In this document: positions 53,496 through 64,000 of the stretch, piece by piece | How the letters are laid out: every line of letters begins with the position of its first letter | Position numbering within the stretch: position 1 is the stretch's first letter | NCBI GenBank assembly: GCA_030141605.1 | Contig: JAQGDQ010000455.1 | Location: forward strand, 63,750 to 127,749 | Origin: Tubiluchus corallicola | Taxonomy: Eukaryota > Animalia > Priapulida | Reading direction: 5' to 3' | DNA length: 64,000 nucleotides | Position numbers and translations under genes: made by a program | The notes under the pieces: model-generated | Seen by the model: only the letters and a program-made list of their open reading frames with translations | Told to the model about the DNA's origin: nothing | Database searches by the model: none

Positions 53496-54719
53496 ATACA
53501 GTAGTAGTTCATGGATTGTCAGAGTTGGAATTATGGTTGTTGGCAAAGGTGTTCCACTAACTATATAATCAGGCCTCAAACATCACCCTCATATTTGCAT
53601 GAAAGTCTAAATCAGTGGGCCAAATGCAGAAATTTTGTAGACAGCAATTGAGTGACTTGTCTTCGGTAAAACGTAGCATTTTTTTCAATTTCGAGCCAAC
53701 TTCTATTTCCAAGAATTTTTGAACAATTTTAGACTTAGTTTGACAGAAACAATGGGGTGGAACCAGGACGGTATGTCGCACACATATTAACGACTCCCTG
53801 GTGGAAGAAAATACAAGAACAATACGGTACTATACAATACAAGAAAAGAATTGCAGAAATTACAGCCCATCTTGAAATGTTGGGGGTGTTCAAAGATTTA
53901 AGGTCAATTGGAGAGAATGGCGAATTTTGATGTTAGATGGCATGTAAAAGGTTGTGCAGTCTAGGAGCAGTGCCTTGTGCTAACCAAGCTTTGTAAATTT
54001 AGCTAGATGTCAAAGAAACTAGATGTGATTACCATATTTATACTATGTACCTTCTTCTATATGAGAAAATTTTGTGAATTAAAAGGTAGACTCACGTATT
54101 ATATGCGATGTAATTTTTGTAAATACAGGACAGTAATAGGATCTGTGACTAAAACACATTTTTTAAAGATAAGTTGTGTCCCTTTCCACCTCATGTAATA
54201 CTTGAATGTGTTCAAGAGCCAAAAATAATGCTTTCCCTATTTACACCAAAATGTGGGGTTAATAGGGACCCTGCTTTTTAAATAAAAAACAATGTTGGTT
54301 TTTTATCGCAAGCATAATACCACCAACAGATTGATGATGTATGTTGCCATATAGCTACTGAACACAGTTTAAAATAAAAATTAGTAAAGAAAGTTATGGC
54401 AGTTTAAATTTTAAAATTGTCCCTATTCATCCATTTTGCCACATTCCGCAGCATGTCTTTAAAAGCTGTTATATTTCCATTATTAAAATAAGTTTACACC
54501 TGAAGTGGACATTGTCAGTGTACTTTCATTGTCTATTAAAAGGGCACACTAATGCAGTTAAATTCAGTTTGTCCACATAGCGTAGTGCATTGTCCAGCTC
54601 TTGTAGTGTAAATGGATAGACAACTGGTCTGTCACTAAAATTGTGAAACTGACTAAAAAGAGTTAGTAGTGATTATTCAGGGCTTAACACACCTCAGTCA
54701 ACTTAATTTCTCTTTTTAG

Positions 54720-54776
54720 AAAACTGTCTTTAATGACGAGATAGCCTTGCATGCTGCCACAACCGTGCATCGTTAA
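54720..54776 (+). other. candidate 57-nt internal exon, probably 5' UTR
   Basis: Strong acceptor (cttaatttctctttttag) and perfect donor gtaagt; stops in all three frames when read from the acceptor. Confidence 0.4.
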
Positions 54777-56369
54777 GTAAGTCCTTCCACTGTGGCTTGC
54801 AGAGTGTTGAATTGTACAAAATGAAATGAATTAGAAAAATGAGCTTGTCTTCGTAACATCTTACCTTAATCACAAAAAGCTAATTAGAAAAGTGTGTTGC
54901 TAGAGATTTTGCTGATAAGAAATTTGTAACAAGAATATAGTTGAAGTGATTGGTATAATTAAGAAACACATCAACTGTTTCTACACTGCAGTTAAATGTA
55001 TTGCTAAGACAATTTGTCAGGCCTCGTGCTGTTTGTTATGGATTTATGCAAAACTGCATCAGGGAGTTGGCCGACTTGCACATACTAAGAAAAAGTAATT
55101 TAGGAGTATATTGAAAATAATTCTGTATAATTTGTAAAGATGCAGAAATAATTGTGCACTGATGCAAAGCTTTAGAAAGAATTCATTCTTTCCTAAGCTA
55201 AATTTCAGAATTTTTAGTATGCATTGTTCAAAGCAAAGTTTACCTGGACTAGGTATCTACATTATTAACAGAGAATCTTTGAGATTCAGCAATAGCATGA
55301 CTGGCATCTTAACCTGATTTGTTGTTACTTCAACAAGAATAGGAGCTGGGAAGTCACTTTGTCCCAAACCAGTTTTTGTGGTAGTCAGTTATCCATTTAT
55401 CCGCCAGGTCCAACTGCATAGTTGAGTACGTGTGAGCACTTTGCCATTTCTCTTATTTATCTGCAAAAAAGCAAAAAAATCCATTTTCAATTTTTTGTTG
55501 GAGAAAAGGCTTTCTCTGATGTGCAGTTATAATGACTTCATAGTAACTTTTTACAAATATATACACACATGTAGCTGTTAGTTGATGACACCAAAACTTT
55601 CAATGATCTAGAGTCTAGATTCTTGATATCTAAGCCAAGATGGTGGATGTAAAGGGGTAAGGAGTTTGTTTCTTAGGCTATTGAAGAATGTCTTCAGGTA
55701 TTTAATTTAACAATAGATTGGCGTTTTGAGTGATTGAATAGGTATAGTTTGCTACCTTAACTACAGTGAAGTCAAACTCTTGCACTTGGATTCAAACCTG
55801 GATCTTCTGCTTTTTAGAACTCAAAGCACAAAAAAGAGACCGGAAGCATCATGTACAAGCTTTTAGCTGTTAAAATGTAGTATTTTTTAGCCTATTACTT
55901 ACACTGATATATATAAACAAATTCAAATTAGCATTAAAAGGGCCTTGTAGCAATTTAGCGTTTTTTTACCGTTTCAAATATGCTTACGCTGCATTCATGT
56001 GCATGAGTAATTTTACAGTGTTGTTACTCCTGTACCCGTTCTTCGTAAGTATACGCCCTGGTGCTTTTTCTGGCATGCGGTGGAGGCTGCATACCGTACA
56101 CCAGCCTGCACGTGTAGAAAGGTGGTTAAAGGTAAATTTCGACGTGAATGGTTTTGAGCAAAATAATGCCTCCATGTGAAGCGCATTGTGGACATGGGTC
56201 GCATCACTCAGATTACTAGCTCTCGCTAGAAAAAATGTGCAAGTCATGTTTGTGTGTAGACTGTGGACCAGAAGTGTAAGGCACATTTTACTTTGATCAG
56301 AGGAACACAAATTCGATGACTGAGACTTTCTCTTATATTTAGCTTTGTGCAAAGTGCATTCCATTTAAA

Positions 56370-56405
56370 ATGCCAAAAATTTCGAAGAAAGAAAAGGCAG
56401 AAAAG
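56370..56405 (+). CDS. candidate coding first exon MPKISKKEKAEK of an unidentified gene
   Basis: AAAAATG context, purine-rich 36-nt ORF ending AAG|gtacag, preceded by a CpG-richer stretch (about 55980-56300). No downstream partner exon identified. Confidence 0.35.
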
Positions 56406-59400
56406 GTACAGTTAATTCGTTATCACTTTGGTTTGTAGTTTAGCAATGAAATAATACTGAATGTGGCTGGTATTTTGATATGACATTTATAAGTTTTATC
56501 GAATGTCACAGTAAATTTAATAATTATACTGTTATAAAAACGATAGTAGTTATACACCTACAGTATTTTACTCTGAAATTGAAGCGGCAGTGTATATTAA
56601 AAAAACATGTCAAGGAATTTCAGTTGAGAGCCTGTAAAACTGACTTTTATCATGGTGCAACTTCTACGCATTTATTATCGTGTGTTTTGTTTGTAAATTC
56701 TTCATTGAGTAATTTCGAAAGTGTTCACAACTCGTGTTTACATAGATGTTGAAATGCATTGTAAATAAAAATGAGTAAAATTCTACTAAGTAACAATCAC
56801 AGCAAATAAACAGCTGAACAAGTTAGCTAGAAAACAAACAAACAACCAAACAATAGCTTAGTGATTCTCAGTGATAGTTTTACAAGAAAAAGTTTAAGCG
56901 TAAATAAAAAGTTAACTTTGCCCTAGAAATTGTTTTTATTCAGAGAAATCCTATTATTCTACTTCGTTTTTCTACCATGTGACATCAATTTATAATACTT
57001 TCTCTGATTTATCAGTAGATGGCTGTGCGTGTTTTACGTTTACACCGGCTTCTGCTTAAAATTCATTTTAAAATAATAGAACCGTCTCCTTTAATTTCTT
57101 CGAAATCGCACGTTACCCTGCTGTTTCTAGAACCGCCTCTCTTGTTTGCTTAATTTTTATCAGCCCAGAGTAAGCTACTTAAAAGTTGTGTAAACTAACC
57201 ATACCAACGTGTTGCATTATTAGTTTACCCAAGTAGATAAATTCACTTAAGACGCATGTAAAGTTATCAGATTGTATTTCTCAAGATATGAAACTAATTA
57301 GGCAACGTGGTTAGGTCTAACTAACAGGGGTGGGGTAAGCGACATATGAGTAGAGCTGGCAGTCACGACAAGCAATCAGAGCTTTGGTGGTAATATAGTC
57401 CTATGCATTCTAGAGTAAAAGTAACGCGCTGTTTCTGTCTGCGATTATGATAAGTTGGTAAAGGCATTCAGCATTAATTATTCATAATCTTGATTGAAAG
57501 ATTATTGATGAATAAGAGCTGACAGTTCGTAAATTTAAAATACCAAATTAACCGAAAACAAGAAAAAGTGTGAAAAGATAAGACAAAACCTGGATTTGAA
57601 TTGGGATCTTTTGATAACGAGTCCAGTGCAGTGAGTTGCAGACCATGGAGCCCGTTGTGACTATGGCAGTTGTAGTAACTGATATTCAATCCTAGTGACT
57701 GACAAGCCAGTCCAATATTTTGAAGTATAAAATCAAGTTATAGTAATCACTAACTAATTAAAAAATCTTGAGAATAATTAACTAATTATTTACAGATCTT
57801 CTTGTCGATAAAGACCTTTAACTGTTCATGTTATTTATATAAATGATCGACATTAAATAAAACTTATCTTATCTTTGTGCTACTTGCGGTGTCTAAGTGG
57901 TATAGACTCTATGTTAAAATGCTCACCAGAGGCAGTCCAAGATCAGCAGTGGCTAGTTAAGGCCAGAGAGCATGTTACTTTTTATTTTTGCATTATATCT
58001 TTATCTGTATTGCAATTTGTAACTACTGTAAGTGTACGTCAGCACTCCTGTTAACGTCTGGAGCGACAGTGGATGAATGTCGCCCTAATGCAGAAAAAAA
58101 TCTGTTGTCACCATGATCAAACGGGCTGCAGTCTTGACACTGGACTTGTAATACAAAGGCCTCTGGTTTAAATCCCAGCACAGCGCAGGGATTTTCCTTT
58201 TGGAAATTTCAAAAATTGTGACTTCCATCTATTATCCAGCGTTTTCAACATACTATTTACATTACTTAAATGAATATTCATTGCTGGTTGTATTTTAGCT
58301 GGTCAAGTTTTAGTCCGTTTATCTAAAGCGAGGTTGCAGATTCAATGCTATGCTTTGCAGATCTTTAGGGTAAAACAGGCTTGTACTTTGTAAACCGCGT
58401 TAAAAATATTTCTTTGCAGACTTCTTGTAATATATTTAATTTTTCGTTTTTCTATTTACTCCTTTCGTTTATTGTAGACTAGAAGACAACCTCAAAAGTA
58501 CGAGTATAAAGTTCGGGGGCTTTTTTTCTAAAAGTCGGCAGCCAGTTTTATCAATTTGACTACATATGCTGAGTCCGAGAAAAACTGTTGTCAACTTGAA
58601 AAGTTAGCGGAAATGTGTCAAAAACACAAATCACAAAGCGGCTGCCAAGGTTTTTGCACAGGTCATATAAATCAAAAGAAATTTCCAGAAACAAAATCAT
58701 TGGACGTAAACAATCCATTTCGGTTACTTTCACTTCAAAAATGGTCACCATACAAAACGAAATCATACCGATCATGTAATTATATTAATAGTTTGGCTTA
58801 AACTTTTAGTATAAAAACAAAGAAATAAATTATTTTTGTCAACTCGATATTAAGATGATTTGCTAAATTTAAAAACAAACAATACTACTAGAAAAAACAA
58901 TGCAATAAGCAAAAACAAAATGGCCGCCAGATCCCAGACATATAGTCCAGCAGAATGGTGGATTATTGTTCATCTTACCTAAAAGTTATTAAACTTTGAA
59001 AAATGCTAGAGCCCATCAAGGTGTTTACTTTTGAATATTAGTCAATCAAAAATTGGCTGTTGCTATCATATAAAGGCTATATCTTAACTACTGGAATGGA
59101 TAAATTGATAAGATGATGATTTTGGTGTGTAAATGTAGTTATTCAAGGTAAAAAATCCACTTCTGATACTTAAAAACATCTATGATTCCCCCTGTTTAGG
59201 ATTTCAAGGTTGTTGCAAAAAAAGCTGCAGCCATTGTGTAATATATTAGTTATACTGCGTGTGCTGCTGGAGATAAGACGATGAATTTTGCATCTGGATA
59301 TATCTTTTAGAGGTCAAGGATTCCATCTATGATGGCCGCCATTTTCAAAATGGCCGAAAAGATGGTTGTTGCTAGCTCATAATGCCATATTCCAGAAAAA

Positions 59401-59435
59401 GCCAGAGGCACTGAATAAGCATCAGGTCTTGACCT

Positions 59436-60290
59436 GTGCGTGATAAAAATGGCGCAGGAAAAAATGGCACAAATGGAAAAGTAGGGAAAAATGGCACGTG
59501 TTATTTTGATGCAGCTAATTTCTATAATAAAACTAGAATGCACTCAGTAGGAAGTAGATCTCTGCCAAGCCGAATAATCCTAAACTTATTCGTCTAATTC
59601 TTTTGATTAAATAAATTTTACACAAAGATAAGCAAGCAAACACACAAAAATGTACCCGTATTGGTATTATATAGACTAACAAAAGACACAAAATATTTGT
59701 TCATTAAATTGATTTAGAATCGATAATGTGCGAATGCTTCACATAGTGTTTATCTACCTTTTCAACCATTAATTTTGGCGATGGTAATAGATTGACAAAT
59801 ATATACCAAGTCATCTTATAAGGGCTAATTAGGCTATACACATTAATAAGCAAAGGTCATAAACAGCGTCACACTGTTTTACAAGCCAGAATTTCTCGAT
59901 ATGGAACTAGAATTAATTCGTAGCTGTTTGTCCAGGTGGAGATAACAAAAAAGAAATACTAAACACTCCCTCTGAGACCTCAACGAAATGCTTCACGAAT
60001 GTTTTTTGTACGTAGTGTTCGGTCAAATTTTCCGAAAAAAGAACCGGCAAAAAATTCCCATTTTGGCACCATATACCCGCCTTTCTTCACAGAGTTTCTT
60101 GGAAATCTGTTAGGTAGTTATTGCACAAGAAGCCTACTGCCACACCAGACCGAACAAACTTGAAGCATAACTTATTTGGTTGAAGTTATGTTTGAAGTTT
60201 GGTCGAAGCATAACTTGAAGCATCCCTAACCCTAAACGCATATTTTACTAATTTTTGCCATTTTTCTTGTGCCATTTTACATACAGCAGT
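59436..60290 (+). mobile_element. composite foldback-like element (copy 2) containing a Helentron/HINE-like insert at about 59532-60190
   Basis: AAAAATGGCAC tandem start and TGCCATTTT end. The insert starts ACTAGAATGCACTCAGTAG..ATCTCTGCCAAG and ends with the hairpin CATAACTT-n9-AAGTTATG. Confidence 0.65.
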
Positions 60291-62616
60291 CCTTTGCCAA
60301 TACTTAGCATTTACTTGGTAAGAGAAAAACGATGCCTTAAACCACATGGTATTATTACTATTATTTATGTTGAACCTTAACTATATCACACATTCAATAT
60401 AATGTCTGTCTCATAAAGAAATCTGCTGTAAGAAACAAACAGCTCATGTCAGAATTTATAGGTTGTTGGTATATAGATGACTTAGATAACATTACCTTTA
60501 AAACAATCTGTCACACTCACCACCACATTTGCATTGCGCTGTGCAAGCAAGACTTGCTTAGACACATTTTCATCTTTCATGGCACTATTGTGGCAGGCCT
60601 GCAGCAACATTTAATAAGTTGTTGATATGCTCCAGTGCAGTGCTTAATGTTCAGTGTGGTTCAGCCTGGCTAAGTTGATAAGACTGAATACGTTTCCCAC
60701 TTAGAAAAAAAAGGCTTCCGGGAGGAACTTTTCTGAAAATTCGTCTAGTCTATTGTTTGTGATGAGAGGCAGTAAACACTTAAAACTTAACCCACATTAT
60801 AACTTATAACTCTTATAACTAATGCTTGTAATAAATAAACTGATGAAAGTTATTGTGTCTCAAGGCAAGTTTGTACAAAACTTACTTTCAGCCTGAAATC
60901 TCGAGTATTACCAATTTAAGTATTTACCGGTGCCAGTGTGCTGTTTAACTTCTGTGTAAGTGTGCCAGAAAGCGTAAGTGTACAAAACGTGAATGGAAGT
61001 ATGTTTATTGTTGTGTAAATATGGATCACTAATGTTAATGTGGCGTCATCATATCATAAATGCATGACTCAAGCCCTGTAACCTAGTATAAAGTCCTTAT
61101 TGCAAAAAATTATTGCGTGCGAACAACATAGCAAATTCCCCATTTTAATGATTTTATGGCTCTCTGCGGCGGCAAAATTTGCAAACGAGGTCAAATACCT
61201 TGTACGTAGAAATACCAGTTTATAAGTTTTCCTGGAATTCAAGTGTTATTACGACCAAGCAGACAACATTAATGTTGCTAACATCTGGCATAACAGCGGC
61301 ATGCGCACGTTGGTTGATGATGGTCTCATGCCAGCGAGGATTTTGCTCTGAAAAATTGACAGAGTGCCAAATAAACAGATTACGTCATTCGTCATCTTCA
61401 ATCACGCACGCTTCCTGTTTATAACTTTAAATTTGTTTTTATCGAATTCGCAATTTAAATAAACAAACACTGTCACAATACTATGCAGTTTGCGAGAAGA
61501 TAAATGCTTTAATTACTCTAATAAATTGTTTTAGAACTCGCCATGTCATTCACTGTTAAAAGATCACAAGCACTTGGGTGGATTAAAATTTTGTAAAAGT
61601 TGAAAAAGTTTAACGAATGTTTTGATCCCTTTTATGTGTATTAAGTATCATACACGGAAAAGCCTACAATATCGTTGAAAAGGTGTTTTCTTTAAGGTGA
61701 CATTTTGTATTTTGTTATTAGCGTAAATGTTGCATATACAAATGATGAAATTTATCGAAGATTTAAAATGGTTGTTAAAATGTAATTGTTTAATGACTTT
61801 TAATGTTTAGTACATTGCTGAATGAATAACTGTATCAAAGCTTCGTCAATATGTAAATTGTTGTGAATAAGCTGTTGAACACAGCACTGGAATGTGTAAG
61901 CTTGCCTATCTTAAACGACTATCATAAATTGTTCTCTAACTTATTTGCTAAGTAGGAGCATAGGTTCTAAGTAACGAAATTGAATTTTATCCGCTATTGT
62001 GCTTTTATTAACTGCACATAGCAATAAACTATTTTGAATGCACCACAAGAAAACTATAAAGCGCTAATTCAATTATTATAGAAACAAAAAATGAGAATAA
62101 ATTGTGAGAAAATCAGTTATGGCAATCAGTTAAACACTAGAGATGTTCAGTTCACTTATTTATTGTATTTCGTGACTGGGCAGCTAGCTTGACCGTTATT
62201 TGCGTACAATCTATACTGTGTACATACATCCTTTGTTGTACATTTTATGCGAGCCCGCTAAAATAACTGTGTGCATAGTTTTCTAAAGGTCGCGCCTCCT
62301 CGTACTTATGCGTTCTTGAATGAAAGCGGATACTGGCGCTGACTGTAAAATCAATCTCATGCCTCACATGACGCTGTATCATGTACAGCACTGGCTGCTA
62401 ACACACCCACGTAGTGCTAGCCAATCGGTATGCGCCATTTTGAGGTGTGTTTGCTATTTGTTTGTATTAACGATCAGTATTGTAAGCGCCACACTTTATG
62501 ATACTTATCTCACAGGTTGTATAAATTCCAGATGATATTTACTATACTTAGTGTACTATATGGCACCTGTGTTATCTAATTAATGCATTGACTAACTTAC
62601 ATTTATCATCTGGCTG

Positions 62617-63215
62617 TTGGGTTGCCACCACTCCTACTTCGACCCGGAATCTCCTGAAATTCAGCCATACATCCGTAGTTTGGTCGGATTTTTGAAAAAT
62701 TCTGATATCTCCTCATTTTGACCGTCACTTTGAAATTTGTGTGGAAAAGTGGAAATGTATTTTCAAAAACCAATGTTGCTGAAACAGGAATCTTATTAAA
62801 ATACTAAACTTACATGCTTCATAATTTAACGCAATCTACATTTTTCGCCAATTTTTGCTGCAGCGGCAATTGCTGCAATGCAAGTGTTATTTCGGTTAGG
62901 TTTAATTCACTTAACATAAACCATCTATCTTCAGAAATCTCGAAAACGTAAGAAATGTAGTGGGACTGGGAAGGAACTAAAAATTGATGTGCACTGCTTG
63001 CACTTTTGTAAATTTTAAGGTTTTGGGGCTTTTTGGAATCTAAAATTAAGAACTGTGTACTACTTCATGCTTTAAATTTCTTGATTTTTGTTTCCGAAAA
63101 AAGCCTCGTAAAACGTCTAAGATACAGGAAATGCGTTGGCTTCCGCGGTTCGGTCCCAGAACTCCTAGCTGGCTCTAAACTCCTAATTTCGGTTCGTGAC
63201 GAGGTGGCAACCCTA
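62617..63215. mobile_element. hAT non-autonomous element (599 bp, TAGGGTTGCCA-type TIR)
   Basis: TIRs TTGGGTTGCCACC / GGTGGCAACCCTA (12/13); 8-bp TSD TCTGGCTG / TCTGCCTG (7/8); CTCCT subterminal repeats. Confidence 0.85.
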
Positions 63216-63379
63216 TCTGCCTGTCTGTATTTTCACAAGTTATTATCTAGATCTAGTCAGTTCATGGGGTTTACGAAATTCCCTGTAAATGTTTCTAGGA
63301 CCTTCAATTTTTAGCTTTTTGTAGGTTACCAACATGACTGGTATGAGCTGTAATGTTTAAAATTTCAGTATGCCCTTCA

Positions 63380-63502
63380 TTCCTATTATTCATGTTCTTC
63401 TGTGTGTTCTAAGTGTTGTTTGTCATGTTGTTTCTCATATTCTCATGACAAACAACAACAACAAACAGCAACAACAAAAACATGAACAACATGAAATAGG
63501 AA
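63380..63502. repeat. imperfect inverted repeat (about 120-nt hairpin)
   Basis: TTCCTATT..TCATGTT...TGTTGTTTGTCATG, a 16-nt loop, then CATGACAAACAACA...AACATGAAATAGGAA. Confidence 0.75.
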
Positions 63503-63617
63503 AGTATATTGTCCTATGAAAAGTCCTATGTTAAGGCCAAACTTTATTGATCCGATGATAAAATTCATGTGGCATTTTGTGCTTGTTCCTCTTCCTTTTT
63601 CTTATTGTGCTTTCTCC

Positions 63618-63618
<1 letters not shown>

Positions 63619-63688
<70 letters not shown>

Positions 63689-63694
63689 CCTCTC
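63619..63694. repeat. (TC)n microsatellite
   Basis: Read directly from the sequence; source of the SLSLSL run in ORF 63516-63929. Confidence 0.95.
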
Positions 63695-64000
63695 ATGTCT
63701 CTTTCCGTTTACTCTCCGGAAAAATATTTGGGACATATTATTTCAAATGATAACCGAGATGACCTTGACATTATTAATCAAAGATCCCTATACTATTGTC
63801 GTACAAACCAACTTATTAGAAAATTCAGCTATTGTTCTGTTGATGTTAAAAGATATCTATTTAATGCTTACTGTAATACATTCTATTGCATGTCTACTTG
63901 GAGACATTTTAATAATGGTAATATCTTAAAACTTAAAATTGCGCACAATGTGTCAAAAAGATTATTTTTCGGATATGCATATGATTACAGTGCTCGTGAG

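Noticed and set aside
55984-56364. 126-aa minus-strand ORF and overlapping ORFs
   Set aside because: No recognisable domain or splice context; explained by locally higher GC content.
63516-63929. 137-aa ORF, the longest in the track
   Set aside because: Held open by a (TC)n microsatellite (SL repeats); no protein-like features.

Overview
AT-rich, intron-rich metazoan genomic DNA, probably an invertebrate. Lophotrochozoan affinity is only an inference from the ARNT PAS-A wording. It is not prokaryotic: there is no operon, CRISPR array or defence island, and most listed ORFs are intron-spanning or spurious. Splicing exons by hand with GT-AG junctions and phase checks gives five loci. (1) The last two exons of a CFAP53-like coiled-coil gene (+, stop at 2352). 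(2) ARNT/tango, bHLH-PAS (-, 13 coding exons, 18757->6523, about 578 aa from the first visible ATG). (3) VPS45 (+, 14 exons, 25508-38330, 567 aa), head-to-head with ARNT. (4) PIGA (-, 12 exons, 51067->40775, about 464 aa), tail-to-tail with VPS45. (5) From about 52.4 kb, what looks like the 5' region of an unidentified + strand gene with candidate short first exons. Introns and UTRs carry many non-autonomous DNA transposons (hAT with 8-bp TSDs, pogo/Tigger with TA TSDs, Charlie remnants, a composite foldback element), tRNA-derived SINE heads, microsatellites and near-perfect palindromes. I found no convincing wholly new biological system. The best leads are a strong cryptic acceptor followed 2 nt later by a U12-type donor consensus in a VPS45 intron, a tandem duplication of an ARNT splice acceptor whose copy lost the AG, the ARNT-VPS45 linkage shared with human 1q21, and a Tigger element whose end resembles mammalian MER82.
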